Shown here piece by piece: positions 17,993 through 27,634 of a stretch of DNA of 64,000 nt. The DNA is from Candidatus Collierbacteria bacterium GW2011_GWB2_45_17 (GTDB lineage Bacteria > Patescibacteriota > Microgenomatia > UBA1400 > MFAQ01). The notes under the pieces are model-generated. The model made no database searches. It was not told the origin of the DNA and saw only the letters and a list, made by a program, of their open reading frames with translations. The first letter of the stretch is position 1. Each line of letters opens with the position of its first letter. Made by a program: the position numbers and the translations under genes. The stretch covers positions 4,350-68,349 of the forward strand of contig LCKO01000006.1 of assembly GCA_001001485.1 (NCBI GenBank), given 5' to 3'.

Positions 17993-19653
17993 TGCTTAAA
18001 GTCAAAGACTTCCATAATTATCTCACCTGTCGGGGTAGTAACTTGATGCAGAGTGTGTCTTTCACTTGGTAGCAGGGAATTCCCCTGCCAAACATAAAGA
18101 GTTTCAAGATTTTTATCTTCCGGCCAATCTAATTTTTCGAATGAATATTTTCCCAATCTATATTTACCCATTTGATCCAAATAATCGACCGGATTTTTTT
18201 GCATTTCCTTTTCCCAGTCTGCAGAAGCTGCTTGAAAGACTGGTGGAGGTGTCTTAAGGTAAAAAGCAATGAACGATTGCCCTTGTGTCCCCTTATCGAC
18301 CATAACAGTATCGTAATTCCTCTGAATCTTTGAAATAGCATTCACGGTATCTCTCCAGCCGTAAGACAAGGCTTTGGGGTAGGTAACAACCGAGTTGAAA
18401 AAGTAATCCTCGAAATAGAATCCGGTCAGGATAATGGCCAGTCCGATAAAAAGTCCCAGGATTTTTTTAGAGTACTTATTTTTTATTTCCAGGAATCTAA
18501 CAAAACCAAAAGCGGCGATTATTTCCCATAGACACAAAAAGGAACCGGCACGGTTTGGGCGGTAACCTTCTTTAGTAAGCGCTGCCGGGATGGCGGCAAG
18601 GAGGAGCCAAATAAGTAGAGGTCTGGCATCGTAGTCTTCATCTTTTATCTTCTTAAGAAGAAGGAAAAGACCAAAAAGAACGAGAGGTAACATCCAGAAA
18701 AGAAGGAGTCCCCTACCTGGAATAACCGAGTAGGTTATTTCCCGACCACCTTCGGTAAACCAAAATGGTAAAGAGAAATAACTAAGATAATTCTCTCCGA
18801 ACCGAGAGATGACGGTAAATATTTTTCGGTGAAAGAGACGTGGTATTTTTGGGTTTATCTTTGCAAGTGGGGAGTAGAAAGATTGATCATCGATTTGTTT
18901 TAAATTGACAGTATCGAGTTTAGATACCAGAAGATCCCCTCCCCTTTTGGCGGAGTTGCCAAAAACTGAGTCTATAACTAGAGGACTTAAAAGAATAATA
19001 ATTGTCAGAAGGGCAGGCAGTAGTGATTTTAAACCTTTTGAAAAAATCTGCCGGCGATAAAGGAATAACAGCGAAAGGGCAAAGAGAGGAATATAGATTT
19101 TAGCCGAGTGATAGGCATACAAACTGAGACCCCAAAGAATGGCGGTGTAAATAAATTGTCGATGGTCTTTGAGTCCTCTCAAATATAAATAAAGTCCCAA
19201 GGGAAACAAAAAGGAGGTGAGGTTCACTTCCAAGGCAGTTCTTGAAAACTGGATATGCCAGGGAGAGAGGGCGAGAAAGATAGCACTATAGAGTGGAAGG
19301 TGTTTATAGTTAGGGAATATTTTGCCGGTGAGTAAATAAATCGCTAAGATGGCCAAGACCCCAAAGATGGCACTAGGGAGGCGCGCGGCAAATTCATTTA
19401 GCCCGAAGATTGCAACACTGGGAATCATCAAATAGGTCTGGAGGGGCGCTTTGTAGTCCAGAAATGACTTGAAAGAAGAAATCGGCCAACCCAATCCCCA
19501 CTCGTCCTTACCTGTTTGCAGAAGACTGTAGGCGCTATACGCCTGACTAGCTTCGTCTGGAGAAAAGCCGGCGGGTATGCGACCGAGGTAGGTGAAGCGT
19601 AGGAAAAGCCCCAGGATTAGGATTAAGGCAAGGAGGACTTTCCCGATTTTCAT
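17989..19653 (-). CDS. ArnT/PMT-like GT-C glycosyltransferase, paralog 4
   Basis: 554 aa. 'FSPDEASQAYSAYSL' loop. Confidence 0.7.
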   Translation of the reverse strand: MKIGKVLLALILILGLFLRFTYLGRIPAGFSPDEASQAYSAYSLLQTGKDEWGLGWPISSFKSFLDYKAPLQTYLMIPSVAIFGLNEFAARLPSAIFGVLAILAIYLLTGKIFPNYKHLPLYSAIFLALSPWHIQFSRTALEVNLTSFLFPLGLYLYLRGLKDHRQFIYTAILWGLSLYAYHSAKIYIPLFALSLLFLYRRQIFSKGLKSLLPALLTIIILLSPLVIDSVFGNSAKRGGDLLVSKLDTVNLKQIDDQSFYSPLAKINPKIPRLFHRKIFTVISRFGENYLSYFSLPFWFTEGGREITYSVIPGRGLLLFWMLPLVLFGLFLLLKKIKDEDYDARPLLIWLLLAAIPAALTKEGYRPNRAGSFLCLWEIIAAFGFVRFLEIKNKYSKKILGLFIGLAIILTGFYFEDYFFNSVVTYPKALSYGWRDTVNAISKIQRNYDTVMVDKGTQGQSFIAFYLKTPPPVFQAASADWEKEMQKNPVDYLDQMGKYRLGKYSFEKLDWPEDKNLETLYVWQGNSLLPSERHTLHQVTTPTGEIIMEVFDFKQ

Positions 19654-19654
19654 A

Positions 19655-21319
19655 CTACTTACTATTATATGGCTTGGTACCGGTCAAAATGTAGAAAAGA
19701 GGTTGACCGAAGATATTTTTTTGAGTGGCAAGAACTTTGGTGTTCTCCAAAGGGTTTTTACTCCAGTCCCAATCCCCTATCCCTTCGCGTCCTTGGACGG
19801 CGAGATAAAGATCATTGTTCGTCAGGAGGACTTTGAGCTCATCCAGATTGGGTGACTCTCCAAAATAGTATTTGTCCGCAAATTGGAACCCGTGGAAAGA
19901 TCTGGCTTGATAAGTATCAACCACATCAGTGACAAAGTTTTTTTGGAATTCCTTAGGTGAGTACCTGGTATAGAAAAGAAACATGAGAAGGGATGGCTGA
20001 TGGGTATTGTTGATGTAGACCTTGTCGTATTGAGGCAGTAGAGGTTTTAATTCAGTAAAAATATTTTTGAAACCATATTCCCAAAGAGAGGCAGACTCGT
20101 AACGGTAATGAGCAGAATAACGGTGAAAGTAACCGGCAAAAGAAACGGCGAGAATTATTAAGAAGATGAAGATCGTTGATTTGATTAATTTACTGGAGAA
20201 GAAACTTAGAAGATAAGTACCGCCGAGAGAGGAAATTAATATTAATGGAGGCAGCATTAGAAAAAGACGGGTGGCATGAGTGCCACCATCTACGGTGAGA
20301 CAGCTAGGTATTGGGGAAAGAAGAAGCCATAATAACAGTAGGCGGTTATTCTTTTCGGTAATATTTTTAAGCATGAAAAATAAACCAGCAAGAAATAGTG
20401 GAAGTAAGATTGTAAGAAGCTCACCGACCATTGAAACTGAGTGTCGGAATTGAGGATCGCCTTTTATAAAAAGAAACTGTGGGGAGAAAGCGGTGAGGTA
20501 GTTATTCATGAACGCCGAAGAAATGGCGAGATATTTGTTGTGAAAAAGGGTTTCAACAATTGATTTACCAACCCAGGGATCTGTTCTTTGGAGGATAACC
20601 GTTTCAATAATTTTTGAGTCACTAAAAATACTCACTAAATTGAAACGACCACCGGCTTGGCCAAAAAATACGTTGTAAATTACCGGAAAGAAGATGATTA
20701 AAGGGAGAATAAGACGGATCCAATTTGTTTTAAGATTAAGTCTTGGTTTAAAAACAAAAAGAAGAGAAAGAACAAATAAAGGGGTAAAGACCATGGCAGT
20801 CGAATAAGTATAGAAAGTGAGGACAAAAGGAATTAGACCGGCAAAATATTTTTCTTTCAAGAAGAGATGGGTACCGAGCATGACCAGGAAAATTAAGGGA
20901 ACGACCTCAAAAGCGGCTCTGGAAAAATGAATGTGCCAGGGAGTAAAAGCAAGTAATAAAGCCGATAAAAGAGCAGTTCTTTTGTTTTTAAAAATTGTTA
21001 AGCCGAGAAGGTAAATTAAATAAATGCTGGCGGAACCGAGCAGAGCTACGGGAAGTCGTACAGCCAGATCGGTGGGACCAAATATCCCTACAAAGGGAGC
21101 GGTGATGTACATGAGAAGCGGGGCGCGCCACTCTGAAAGGCTTTGGATATAGGTAGGTAAGAGGTGCCCCATGTAATCGCGACCGGTAGTGATGAGAGAC
21201 CAAGCCTGATAACCAACGTCTATTTCATCTCCAAAAAGAGCAATAGGAAGACTAGTGAGACTCTGGAGCCGAAAAAAAGCCCCGGCTGCAATAATGATCG
21301 CCAGAAAAGCTTCTATCAT
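19655..21319 (-). CDS. ArnT/PMT-like GT-C glycosyltransferase, paralog 5
   Basis: 554 aa. 'LFGDEIDVGYQAWSL' loop. Confidence 0.7.
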   Translation of the reverse strand: MIEAFLAIIIAAGAFFRLQSLTSLPIALFGDEIDVGYQAWSLITTGRDYMGHLLPTYIQSLSEWRAPLLMYITAPFVGIFGPTDLAVRLPVALLGSASIYLIYLLGLTIFKNKRTALLSALLLAFTPWHIHFSRAAFEVVPLIFLVMLGTHLFLKEKYFAGLIPFVLTFYTYSTAMVFTPLFVLSLLFVFKPRLNLKTNWIRLILPLIIFFPVIYNVFFGQAGGRFNLVSIFSDSKIIETVILQRTDPWVGKSIVETLFHNKYLAISSAFMNNYLTAFSPQFLFIKGDPQFRHSVSMVGELLTILLPLFLAGLFFMLKNITEKNNRLLLLWLLLSPIPSCLTVDGGTHATRLFLMLPPLILISSLGGTYLLSFFSSKLIKSTIFIFLIILAVSFAGYFHRYSAHYRYESASLWEYGFKNIFTELKPLLPQYDKVYINNTHQPSLLMFLFYTRYSPKEFQKNFVTDVVDTYQARSFHGFQFADKYYFGESPNLDELKVLLTNNDLYLAVQGREGIGDWDWSKNPLENTKVLATQKNIFGQPLFYILTGTKPYNSK

Positions 21320-21348
21320 AGATCCATTATAGCCATTTTTTCATTTTC

Positions 21349-22491
21349 CTAAATAAAGGGGATTTTTAATGTCAGGAATAAATTTAGAAAGTGAAAAAGA
21401 CTCAGAGTAACGTAACCGACCCACCAAGCCGGATTCTCTGCAAAAGTAAGTAGTCCAAAAATAAGAGCCGGGGCGAGGTGCCTCTCATGCACTCTCGTCT
21501 GCAGAAAGAAAACGGCTAGGGCCCAGATGAATAAAGAGTTCAGGAAAGTTCTTGGGTATTGGTTCTTGGATACTCTGATAAGTAGATACACAAGTAGAGA
21601 TATAAGAAGGACGATGGAGATTGTTCGCACAGAGAGTAGTCCCAGGTGAACGGAGTCTTCGGCTCCAGCCGGATATAAAAGATACCAAAAATTCCAGGCC
21701 GCATCGGAAACGCCGGTAGAGGACCCACTGAGAGTGGCAAAATAATTTTTAAGCGCGGCAAAGGGGCTCAAGCCGAAGGGCAAGTAACTGGCAAAGAAAA
21801 CAAGGATCGAGTAGAAGGCTCCTGCCAGAAGTTGTCGAACAGGAAGATTCTTTAGCCAAAGAAAGAGATAAAAGGGCGCGAACCAGAGAGCTGTTTGTTT
21901 CGTCAGAGTGGCAAAGATAAAAAATATTAATGATGAGGATTTAGCCCGATCCGTTTTACCGAGAAACATGAGGTAGAGAGAAAGTAAAAGAAAAAAGTTA
22001 GTTATCGGTTCGATTTGACCCCAGACCGAACTGAGGTATATAACCGCCGGATTAAATAAATAGAGAGATGTTAGTAAGTATGGATGTTTAATTTTTCTGG
22101 CTTGGAAAAACTTGAAAATTAGAAGACCGGTACCCAGATCTGCGAGGATTCCGGGTAACTTGAGAAAACCGTAGCTCATATTTTCGTGATTAAACAAAGG
22201 AATGATAAATGACGGAAAAAAAGAAAAAGAATTATTTAAGAAAGTAAATAAATTGCGTAGAAGGGAAAGAAATAGATTGGAAACGGCGAAAAGGTAAATT
22301 GCTAATGGTGGATAATTGGCATCGTTAAAGCCGGTGAAGTGAGTTGAATAAAGTCCGATCGTGTTCGTCAGAGCGGCATTTCCCCAGACCAAGTGATTTT
22401 TGACATCTCCCGAGTACTGAGGAAATAGAAATATTAAACGTAGCAAAAAAGCTACTACCAAGATCACGTAAATTGACTTAATCTTTTTCAT
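21349..22491 (-). CDS. polytopic membrane protein, GT-C-like (DUF2029/GT87-like)
   Basis: 380 aa, multi-TM. 'SGDVKNHLVWGNAAL' early loop. Confidence 0.4.
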   Translation of the reverse strand: MKKIKSIYVILVVAFLLRLIFLFPQYSGDVKNHLVWGNAALTNTIGLYSTHFTGFNDANYPPLAIYLFAVSNLFLSLLRNLFTFLNNSFSFFPSFIIPLFNHENMSYGFLKLPGILADLGTGLLIFKFFQARKIKHPYLLTSLYLFNPAVIYLSSVWGQIEPITNFFLLLSLYLMFLGKTDRAKSSSLIFFIFATLTKQTALWFAPFYLFLWLKNLPVRQLLAGAFYSILVFFASYLPFGLSPFAALKNYFATLSGSSTGVSDAAWNFWYLLYPAGAEDSVHLGLLSVRTISIVLLISLLVYLLIRVSKNQYPRTFLNSLFIWALAVFFLQTRVHERHLAPALIFGLLTFAENPAWWVGYVTLSLFHFLNLFLTLKIPFI

Positions 22492-23647
22492 AATCCACCA
22501 ATAACCAAATCAATACAGCTATTATTCCAGCTCTGGATATTTGAACTATTTCTAAAAAGTAAGAAGACTTCGTCAGAGATACCGGTAAAGCAAGTTTTGA
22601 ATGAATAAACATCTGCAAGTGTAAGGAAGGATCAAAGGAAAACAGGATAATTAACCAACAGATTATTAAAGTGAAATAAAAAAAGTAGTCAGCCTTAGAA
22701 ATAGAATAGATGACGAGCCAAGGCATGATCCATACTAGCCACTGAGGGTGGAAATGAGAAAAAGCTAGAGAGGCCAGAAGGGCAGAACCAATCGCAGTTG
22801 GTAGAGATAGCCTCTTCTTCCATACCAGGATTAGAATTAAGGTGTAGAAGATGAAAAAGAGAGGAATGTCATGACCGGAAGCGATGGAGATGGAGGCGTA
22901 GGTACTTTTACCTATTTGTTCGGCGAAGAGGGCGTAGTAACGATAGGCGGCAGATCCAAGATAGGGAAGAATTCCAAGTAGATAAACTCCAAGGCCGGTA
23001 ACAGCTAATAGCAGAGATTGAAGGAGCTTTTTGTGAGTAGCCAAATAATGGAGAGCCAGAATGGGGATGAGGATCAATCCCGCTGGCTTGATGAGAGCCG
23101 AAAGGGCAATCAGAAGCACCGAGAGAAAGGGTTTGCCTTTCTGGTAATAGTAGAGACCAAGGGTGATAAAGAGAGCAATGATGATATCTACTTGACCGAC
23201 CATTGAACTAACATAAATTGCCAGAGGGTTGAAAGTCCACAAAAGCATGGCAAGTTTTTTATGATTCTGTTTTTCAAAAAATTTAGGGAGTAACCACAAA
23301 AAAGCTAGATCTGCCAAAATCATAGGGAGTTTGTATAGAAGGAGAAGAACGTTGAAGTTGGGACTTGAAGGTAACCAGTCTTGATTGGCGAAAATTTGGC
23401 CGGTTTCTTTTACCACTGCTTGAAACGGCAAATAGATGAGGGAGGGAATTAGATAAGCTAAGGGTTGGTAGTTGAAGACTACGTTGGTATTTGGAGTGTC
23501 GTAGAAAGTAAATAACTTTCCCTCACCAATGATCAGTTTTCCGGCTATTGAAAAAGCCCCGATATCCGACTGATAAGTAAAAATTGAGACAACCACCCTA
23601 ATTAAAAAAGCAAAACAAATCAGATATTTAAACCATGAACTATTCAT
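22478..23647 (-). CDS. polytopic membrane protein, GT-C-like
   Basis: 389 aa, multi-TM. 14-nt overlap with the next gene. Confidence 0.4.
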   Translation of the reverse strand: MNSSWFKYLICFAFLIRVVVSIFTYQSDIGAFSIAGKLIIGEGKLFTFYDTPNTNVVFNYQPLAYLIPSLIYLPFQAVVKETGQIFANQDWLPSSPNFNVLLLLYKLPMILADLAFLWLLPKFFEKQNHKKLAMLLWTFNPLAIYVSSMVGQVDIIIALFITLGLYYYQKGKPFLSVLLIALSALIKPAGLILIPILALHYLATHKKLLQSLLLAVTGLGVYLLGILPYLGSAAYRYYALFAEQIGKSTYASISIASGHDIPLFFIFYTLILILVWKKRLSLPTAIGSALLASLAFSHFHPQWLVWIMPWLVIYSISKADYFFYFTLIICWLIILFSFDPSLHLQMFIHSKLALPVSLTKSSYFLEIVQISRAGIIAVLIWLLVDYEKD

Positions 23648-24453
23648 CTTTTTACAGTTTTAATTATTTTCTGCCATTTTTGACCCGCCCAAAGAACTAG
23701 ATTTAGTATAGCTGAGCCAATTACTCCGTGATATATCTGGGCGGACTTGGCTAAAGGACTTTTAAGATGACTGACAAAATTACCACTAGCACCATGAGCG
23801 TGTTGAACCTTGGCTTTGGGCAAGTAATAGATGGGGAAGCCAAACCGATGAAGGCGGCGACAGAACTCGATGTCTTCATAATACAGAAAGTAGGCTTCGT
23901 CTAGACCACCAACTATGTCAATCGTAGATTTAGGAATCAAAAAGGCAGCCATGACAACAACATCTACTTGGGTAGTTTCCTCCCCAGGATTGTATTTGTT
24001 AAAGCAGTTCTTACAGTTGAAGAAGTAATACTTGATAGCGTTCAGAATGGTGGGAAATTTGTAACAAGAAGGTTGAAGATTGCCGTCATTATTTAAGAGC
24101 CGAGGAGCAACAGCACCAAGTTTGGGAGTTTTTTTAGCGAAGTCAAGAAGATTTTTTAGAGCAGAGCCAATAATTCTGGTGTCGGGGTTGATGATGAGAA
24201 TATAATCCCCTTTCGAGATTTTAATACCCTGATTGATGGCTTTGCTGAAACCAATGTTTTCCAGATTTCGAATGACGGTTGGTTTCAGAGAATGTTTTTC
24301 GGCTTTGTCAGCTCCTTTATCCGATGGGTAATTATCGACGACGATAATTTCTTTTTTTATACCATCCCGATTCTTTTTGATAGAATCCAAAAAAGGAACA
24401 ATCGTATTTTCCGAACGATAGCCGACCGTTATTATGGACAGCTCAGGTTTCAT
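23644..24453 (-). CDS. glycosyltransferase family 2
   Basis: 'LSIITVGYRSENTIVPFLDSI…EIIVVDNYPSD' GT2 signature. Confidence 0.75.
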   Translation of the reverse strand: MKPELSIITVGYRSENTIVPFLDSIKKNRDGIKKEIIVVDNYPSDKGADKAEKHSLKPTVIRNLENIGFSKAINQGIKISKGDYILIINPDTRIIGSALKNLLDFAKKTPKLGAVAPRLLNNDGNLQPSCYKFPTILNAIKYYFFNCKNCFNKYNPGEETTQVDVVVMAAFLIPKSTIDIVGGLDEAYFLYYEDIEFCRRLHRFGFPIYYLPKAKVQHAHGASGNFVSHLKSPLAKSAQIYHGVIGSAILNLVLWAGQKWQKIIKTVKR

Positions 24454-25327
24454 AAGGCGTGTTTACCAATTTAAAAACTTCCTGGTCAGAGATGGGGAGA
24501 GATTGCCGCTTGCCTTTGGTAATGAATTCTTTTAGGGCGGCAAAGATGACCTTTAAATATCGAGGGTGTCTCAAGGAGTTGGAAAAAAGAAAAAGTTTGT
24601 GCGAAAGAAGCATCCGTAGATCAGAAAAATTTTGCCAGGTAAAAAGAAGCTCGTTTCTTTGTTTAATTAAATTCATATATTCCTTGTTTTTTAGTCCAAA
24701 GGTGGATTCGTGATGGTGGACGACAATTGGTTCCGGTGTCCAGATTATTTTGTATCCCGAACGCCAGGCGCGCCAGCCAATATCGATATCTTCCCAGTAA
24801 GCCGGACTATATATTTCATTGAAACCTCCCAGTTTATCCCAGATTGACCGCCTTAGGATACAACTGCCGCCGGACGGCCAAGCGGAGTAATGCGGGGTTT
24901 TTTTATCTTCCCCCCGGACAAACTGAAACTTGCCGGAGTGCCAGGAAACTTGTGGCCAGGATGAATTTTCTTCGTTGAAGTTCACCGCAAAAACTTTAAG
25001 GTCATCGAAGTATTCCATGGATTTTTCGATGTAACCCGGTTTGGGATAGACATCGTTATTGATAAAGATAAGAAAATCGGCCTTCGAATATGAAACTCCT
25101 TCATTGACCGATTTAGAAAAACCAAGATTTTCCGAGTGCCGAACACAGATCACTTTGGGCAACCATTTTTCCAGATATTTCGGAGCATCGTCCGTACCGC
25201 CGTCGTCTACGACGATAATTTTATTTACTTCCGGTGAGGTTTTAAGTACCACCGGTAAATTCTTTTCCAACAGCCATTGGGCGTTGTAAGAAGGGATGAC
25301 GATGTCGATCGTGGGCTGTTTGGCCAT
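24443..25327 (-). CDS. glycosyltransferase family 2
   Basis: 'IDIVIPSYNAQWLLEKNLPVV…IIVVDDGGTDD' GT2 signature. Confidence 0.75.
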   Translation of the reverse strand: MAKQPTIDIVIPSYNAQWLLEKNLPVVLKTSPEVNKIIVVDDGGTDDAPKYLEKWLPKVICVRHSENLGFSKSVNEGVSYSKADFLIFINNDVYPKPGYIEKSMEYFDDLKVFAVNFNEENSSWPQVSWHSGKFQFVRGEDKKTPHYSAWPSGGSCILRRSIWDKLGGFNEIYSPAYWEDIDIGWRAWRSGYKIIWTPEPIVVHHHESTFGLKNKEYMNLIKQRNELLFTWQNFSDLRMLLSHKLFLFSNSLRHPRYLKVIFAALKEFITKGKRQSLPISDQEVFKLVNTPYET

Positions 25328-25360
25328 ATTCTTAATTATAGCTAACTCAACAGGAATCTA

Positions 25361-27631
25361 TTAGTATTTTATTCTAAATACTAAATACAGGAAAAAGACG
25401 GCTAAAGTAACCAGCGACAAGTAGACTCCCTTCTTAAAATCCGGGTTATTATAACCAAAGGTGATCTTATGCTCGCCTTTGGGAACTGACACTTCTTTGA
25501 AGGTTTCCTTGAACTTCTGAATCGTGACCGGAGTATCGTCGATATTGGCTTGCCAATGGTCGGAGTAGTTTTCCATCAAAACGAAGCGGTTGTCGGTGGT
25601 AGTATTTACGGTAAATTCCCAAAAATCGTCCGCTTTGTTCGTGAGAAGTATTGAGTTTTTTGGATTAGTCTCGGAGAAAAAGTACGGAGGGGTGTAGTTT
25701 TGATTTTCTAAAATAACTACAGTACCTTCAGTAAAAACAGGTTTCCAGATTTTCTGATTAATACTATCAGCGATTTTCCCGTCCTTATCCGGAATCGAAA
25801 CCTCGCTTCTCTTTAGAGCCATAAAATACTTCACTCCAAATTCGTCAAGCTTATCTAGGGCTGCACCATTCTCAAAGTAACGACTGATACTGCCATGGAC
25901 GTCTTGATTTTTCATATACTTTTCGTACTGCAAGGGAGCAATCGGATCGTAACCGGAAGTAGAATAAAAGCCGAATACCTCCCACATATTGGGTGGCAGG
26001 AGCTCTCCGGACTCTCTCTCGAACCGGAAAAGATTAGGGGTTTCTGAATACTTTTCTTTGACAAAGGTAATCGATGGTGTTTCCGGAAAGTATAAATTTT
26101 TGGGAACAAAGGGAGTTACTTTTTTAAAGAAAAGAAAACCTTCGAAAAAAGCCAATAGTAAAACGACGTAGACCGCTAGAGTTTGTAATTTCCGGAACCT
26201 CAGCCCAGTCGCCAAGAGTCCAAAAAGAATTATGTAAATACCAAAAGGATACACTGAGTTTCTAGCCGCCGTGGTGAAATTGGCTTTGATTGCTTGATAA
26301 TAGCTTGACATGCCGGGACCGTCTTGGGCGATGACATAAAGCGACCCAAGAAGAATGCTGTAAAGCAGTAAAAAGAAAGCGATAAATATGACGTTAGAAA
26401 ACAAAAGTGATTTGCCATCTACTTTCCTTGAGAGAAAATCTTTGATCCCTGAGCTTGCTAAAATCACCCCGCCGAAAATGGCGAGAATAATGCTTCTCCC
26501 GGCCGGACTGCTGGATAAAAATGGCAGATGATATTGATAAACCAAAAATCCAAACGGGTACCTGGTAGTTAAAAATATACCCAGTAATAACAATACCAGG
26601 CCAATGACACCTAAAGAATCTATCTTTCTGGACCGAAATACTTTAACAATTTGGTAGATAGCAAAAAATAAAGGGATTGTACCAAAGTTGACTAATTTTT
26701 CTTGGAAATTATAATCTCCGCCAAAGTAATTCCCAGTGGAAGGATTGCCAAATACATTTACAGAGAAGAGGGTGGCCAATAATTTACTCCAAGGTATGAA
26801 CCCAAAATTTACTCCCACAAGTGTTTCAAGTGATCGAATTGAGTGGCTAATAATACTTAGGCTTGGGAAAATGGCGGGAGCGGTAAGAAGTAGAGAAATA
26901 ATAATTATGCAGAGTGGCTTTATGAAGGATAGTAGCCTGTTCTCTCCACGGGACAACATTCGAATTGAAGTCCAAAGGTAAAAAATAATGAGACAATAAC
27001 CGATGGTTTGGGGGTGTCCTGAGAGTATTAAAAAAACCAAAGAGAGAGTACATAAGAACGTAAAATGTTTCTCGAAAAAATATAATACCCAAGGAAGCAT
27101 GGCTAAGGCGAATGAAATAGTTCCCCAAGTAAGCCAGCCAGTGAAGAAGCTAGACATGCTCCAGCCAATAGCCAGAAGCCAGCCGGAAATTGGTGAGGCG
27201 AAGACAAATGAACCCAAAAGATATCCACCTAGTAAAGACAGAAAGACCTGAGAAATTACAATGAAGGACATGGCATCTATTTGGGGAAGAAATGTATAGA
27301 AAATATTTAAGGGTGAGAAAAGCATGGTATGGAACCATGGTGACATCTCGTAGCCGGAGAAGGAATATGGATTCCAAATATTTATTTTTCCCTTTAACAA
27401 GTCGGTGACTCCACGATTTCTCCAGATCCAAAATTGAGAGATAGTATCTGATATTAGGGAATTTTTTACCGGTGGGCGGACGGCATAACCATAACTTTCA
27501 TTCAACCAGGGATAGTACATTCCGACCGGGATATCGATAGGTAGGGGGGTGTTTTTATTCTTAAAGTAGGGAAAAAATAGAACTCCGATGATACTCAAGA
27601 TGACGAGGTTGACAATAAGTCTTTTCATCAA
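25361..27631 (-). CDS. YfhO-like large membrane protein (GT-C-related)
   Basis: 756 aa. About 14 N-terminal TM helices, then a C-terminal extracytoplasmic domain and a terminal TM segment. Confidence 0.45.
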   Translation of the reverse strand: MMKRLIVNLVILSIIGVLFFPYFKNKNTPLPIDIPVGMYYPWLNESYGYAVRPPVKNSLISDTISQFWIWRNRGVTDLLKGKINIWNPYSFSGYEMSPWFHTMLFSPLNIFYTFLPQIDAMSFIVISQVFLSLLGGYLLGSFVFASPISGWLLAIGWSMSSFFTGWLTWGTISFALAMLPWVLYFFEKHFTFLCTLSLVFLILSGHPQTIGYCLIIFYLWTSIRMLSRGENRLLSFIKPLCIIIISLLLTAPAIFPSLSIISHSIRSLETLVGVNFGFIPWSKLLATLFSVNVFGNPSTGNYFGGDYNFQEKLVNFGTIPLFFAIYQIVKVFRSRKIDSLGVIGLVLLLLGIFLTTRYPFGFLVYQYHLPFLSSSPAGRSIILAIFGGVILASSGIKDFLSRKVDGKSLLFSNVIFIAFFLLLYSILLGSLYVIAQDGPGMSSYYQAIKANFTTAARNSVYPFGIYIILFGLLATGLRFRKLQTLAVYVVLLLAFFEGFLFFKKVTPFVPKNLYFPETPSITFVKEKYSETPNLFRFERESGELLPPNMWEVFGFYSTSGYDPIAPLQYEKYMKNQDVHGSISRYFENGAALDKLDEFGVKYFMALKRSEVSIPDKDGKIADSINQKIWKPVFTEGTVVILENQNYTPPYFFSETNPKNSILLTNKADDFWEFTVNTTTDNRFVLMENYSDHWQANIDDTPVTIQKFKETFKEVSVPKGEHKITFGYNNPDFKKGVYLSLVTLAVFFLYLVFRIKY

Positions 27632-27634
27632 TAA

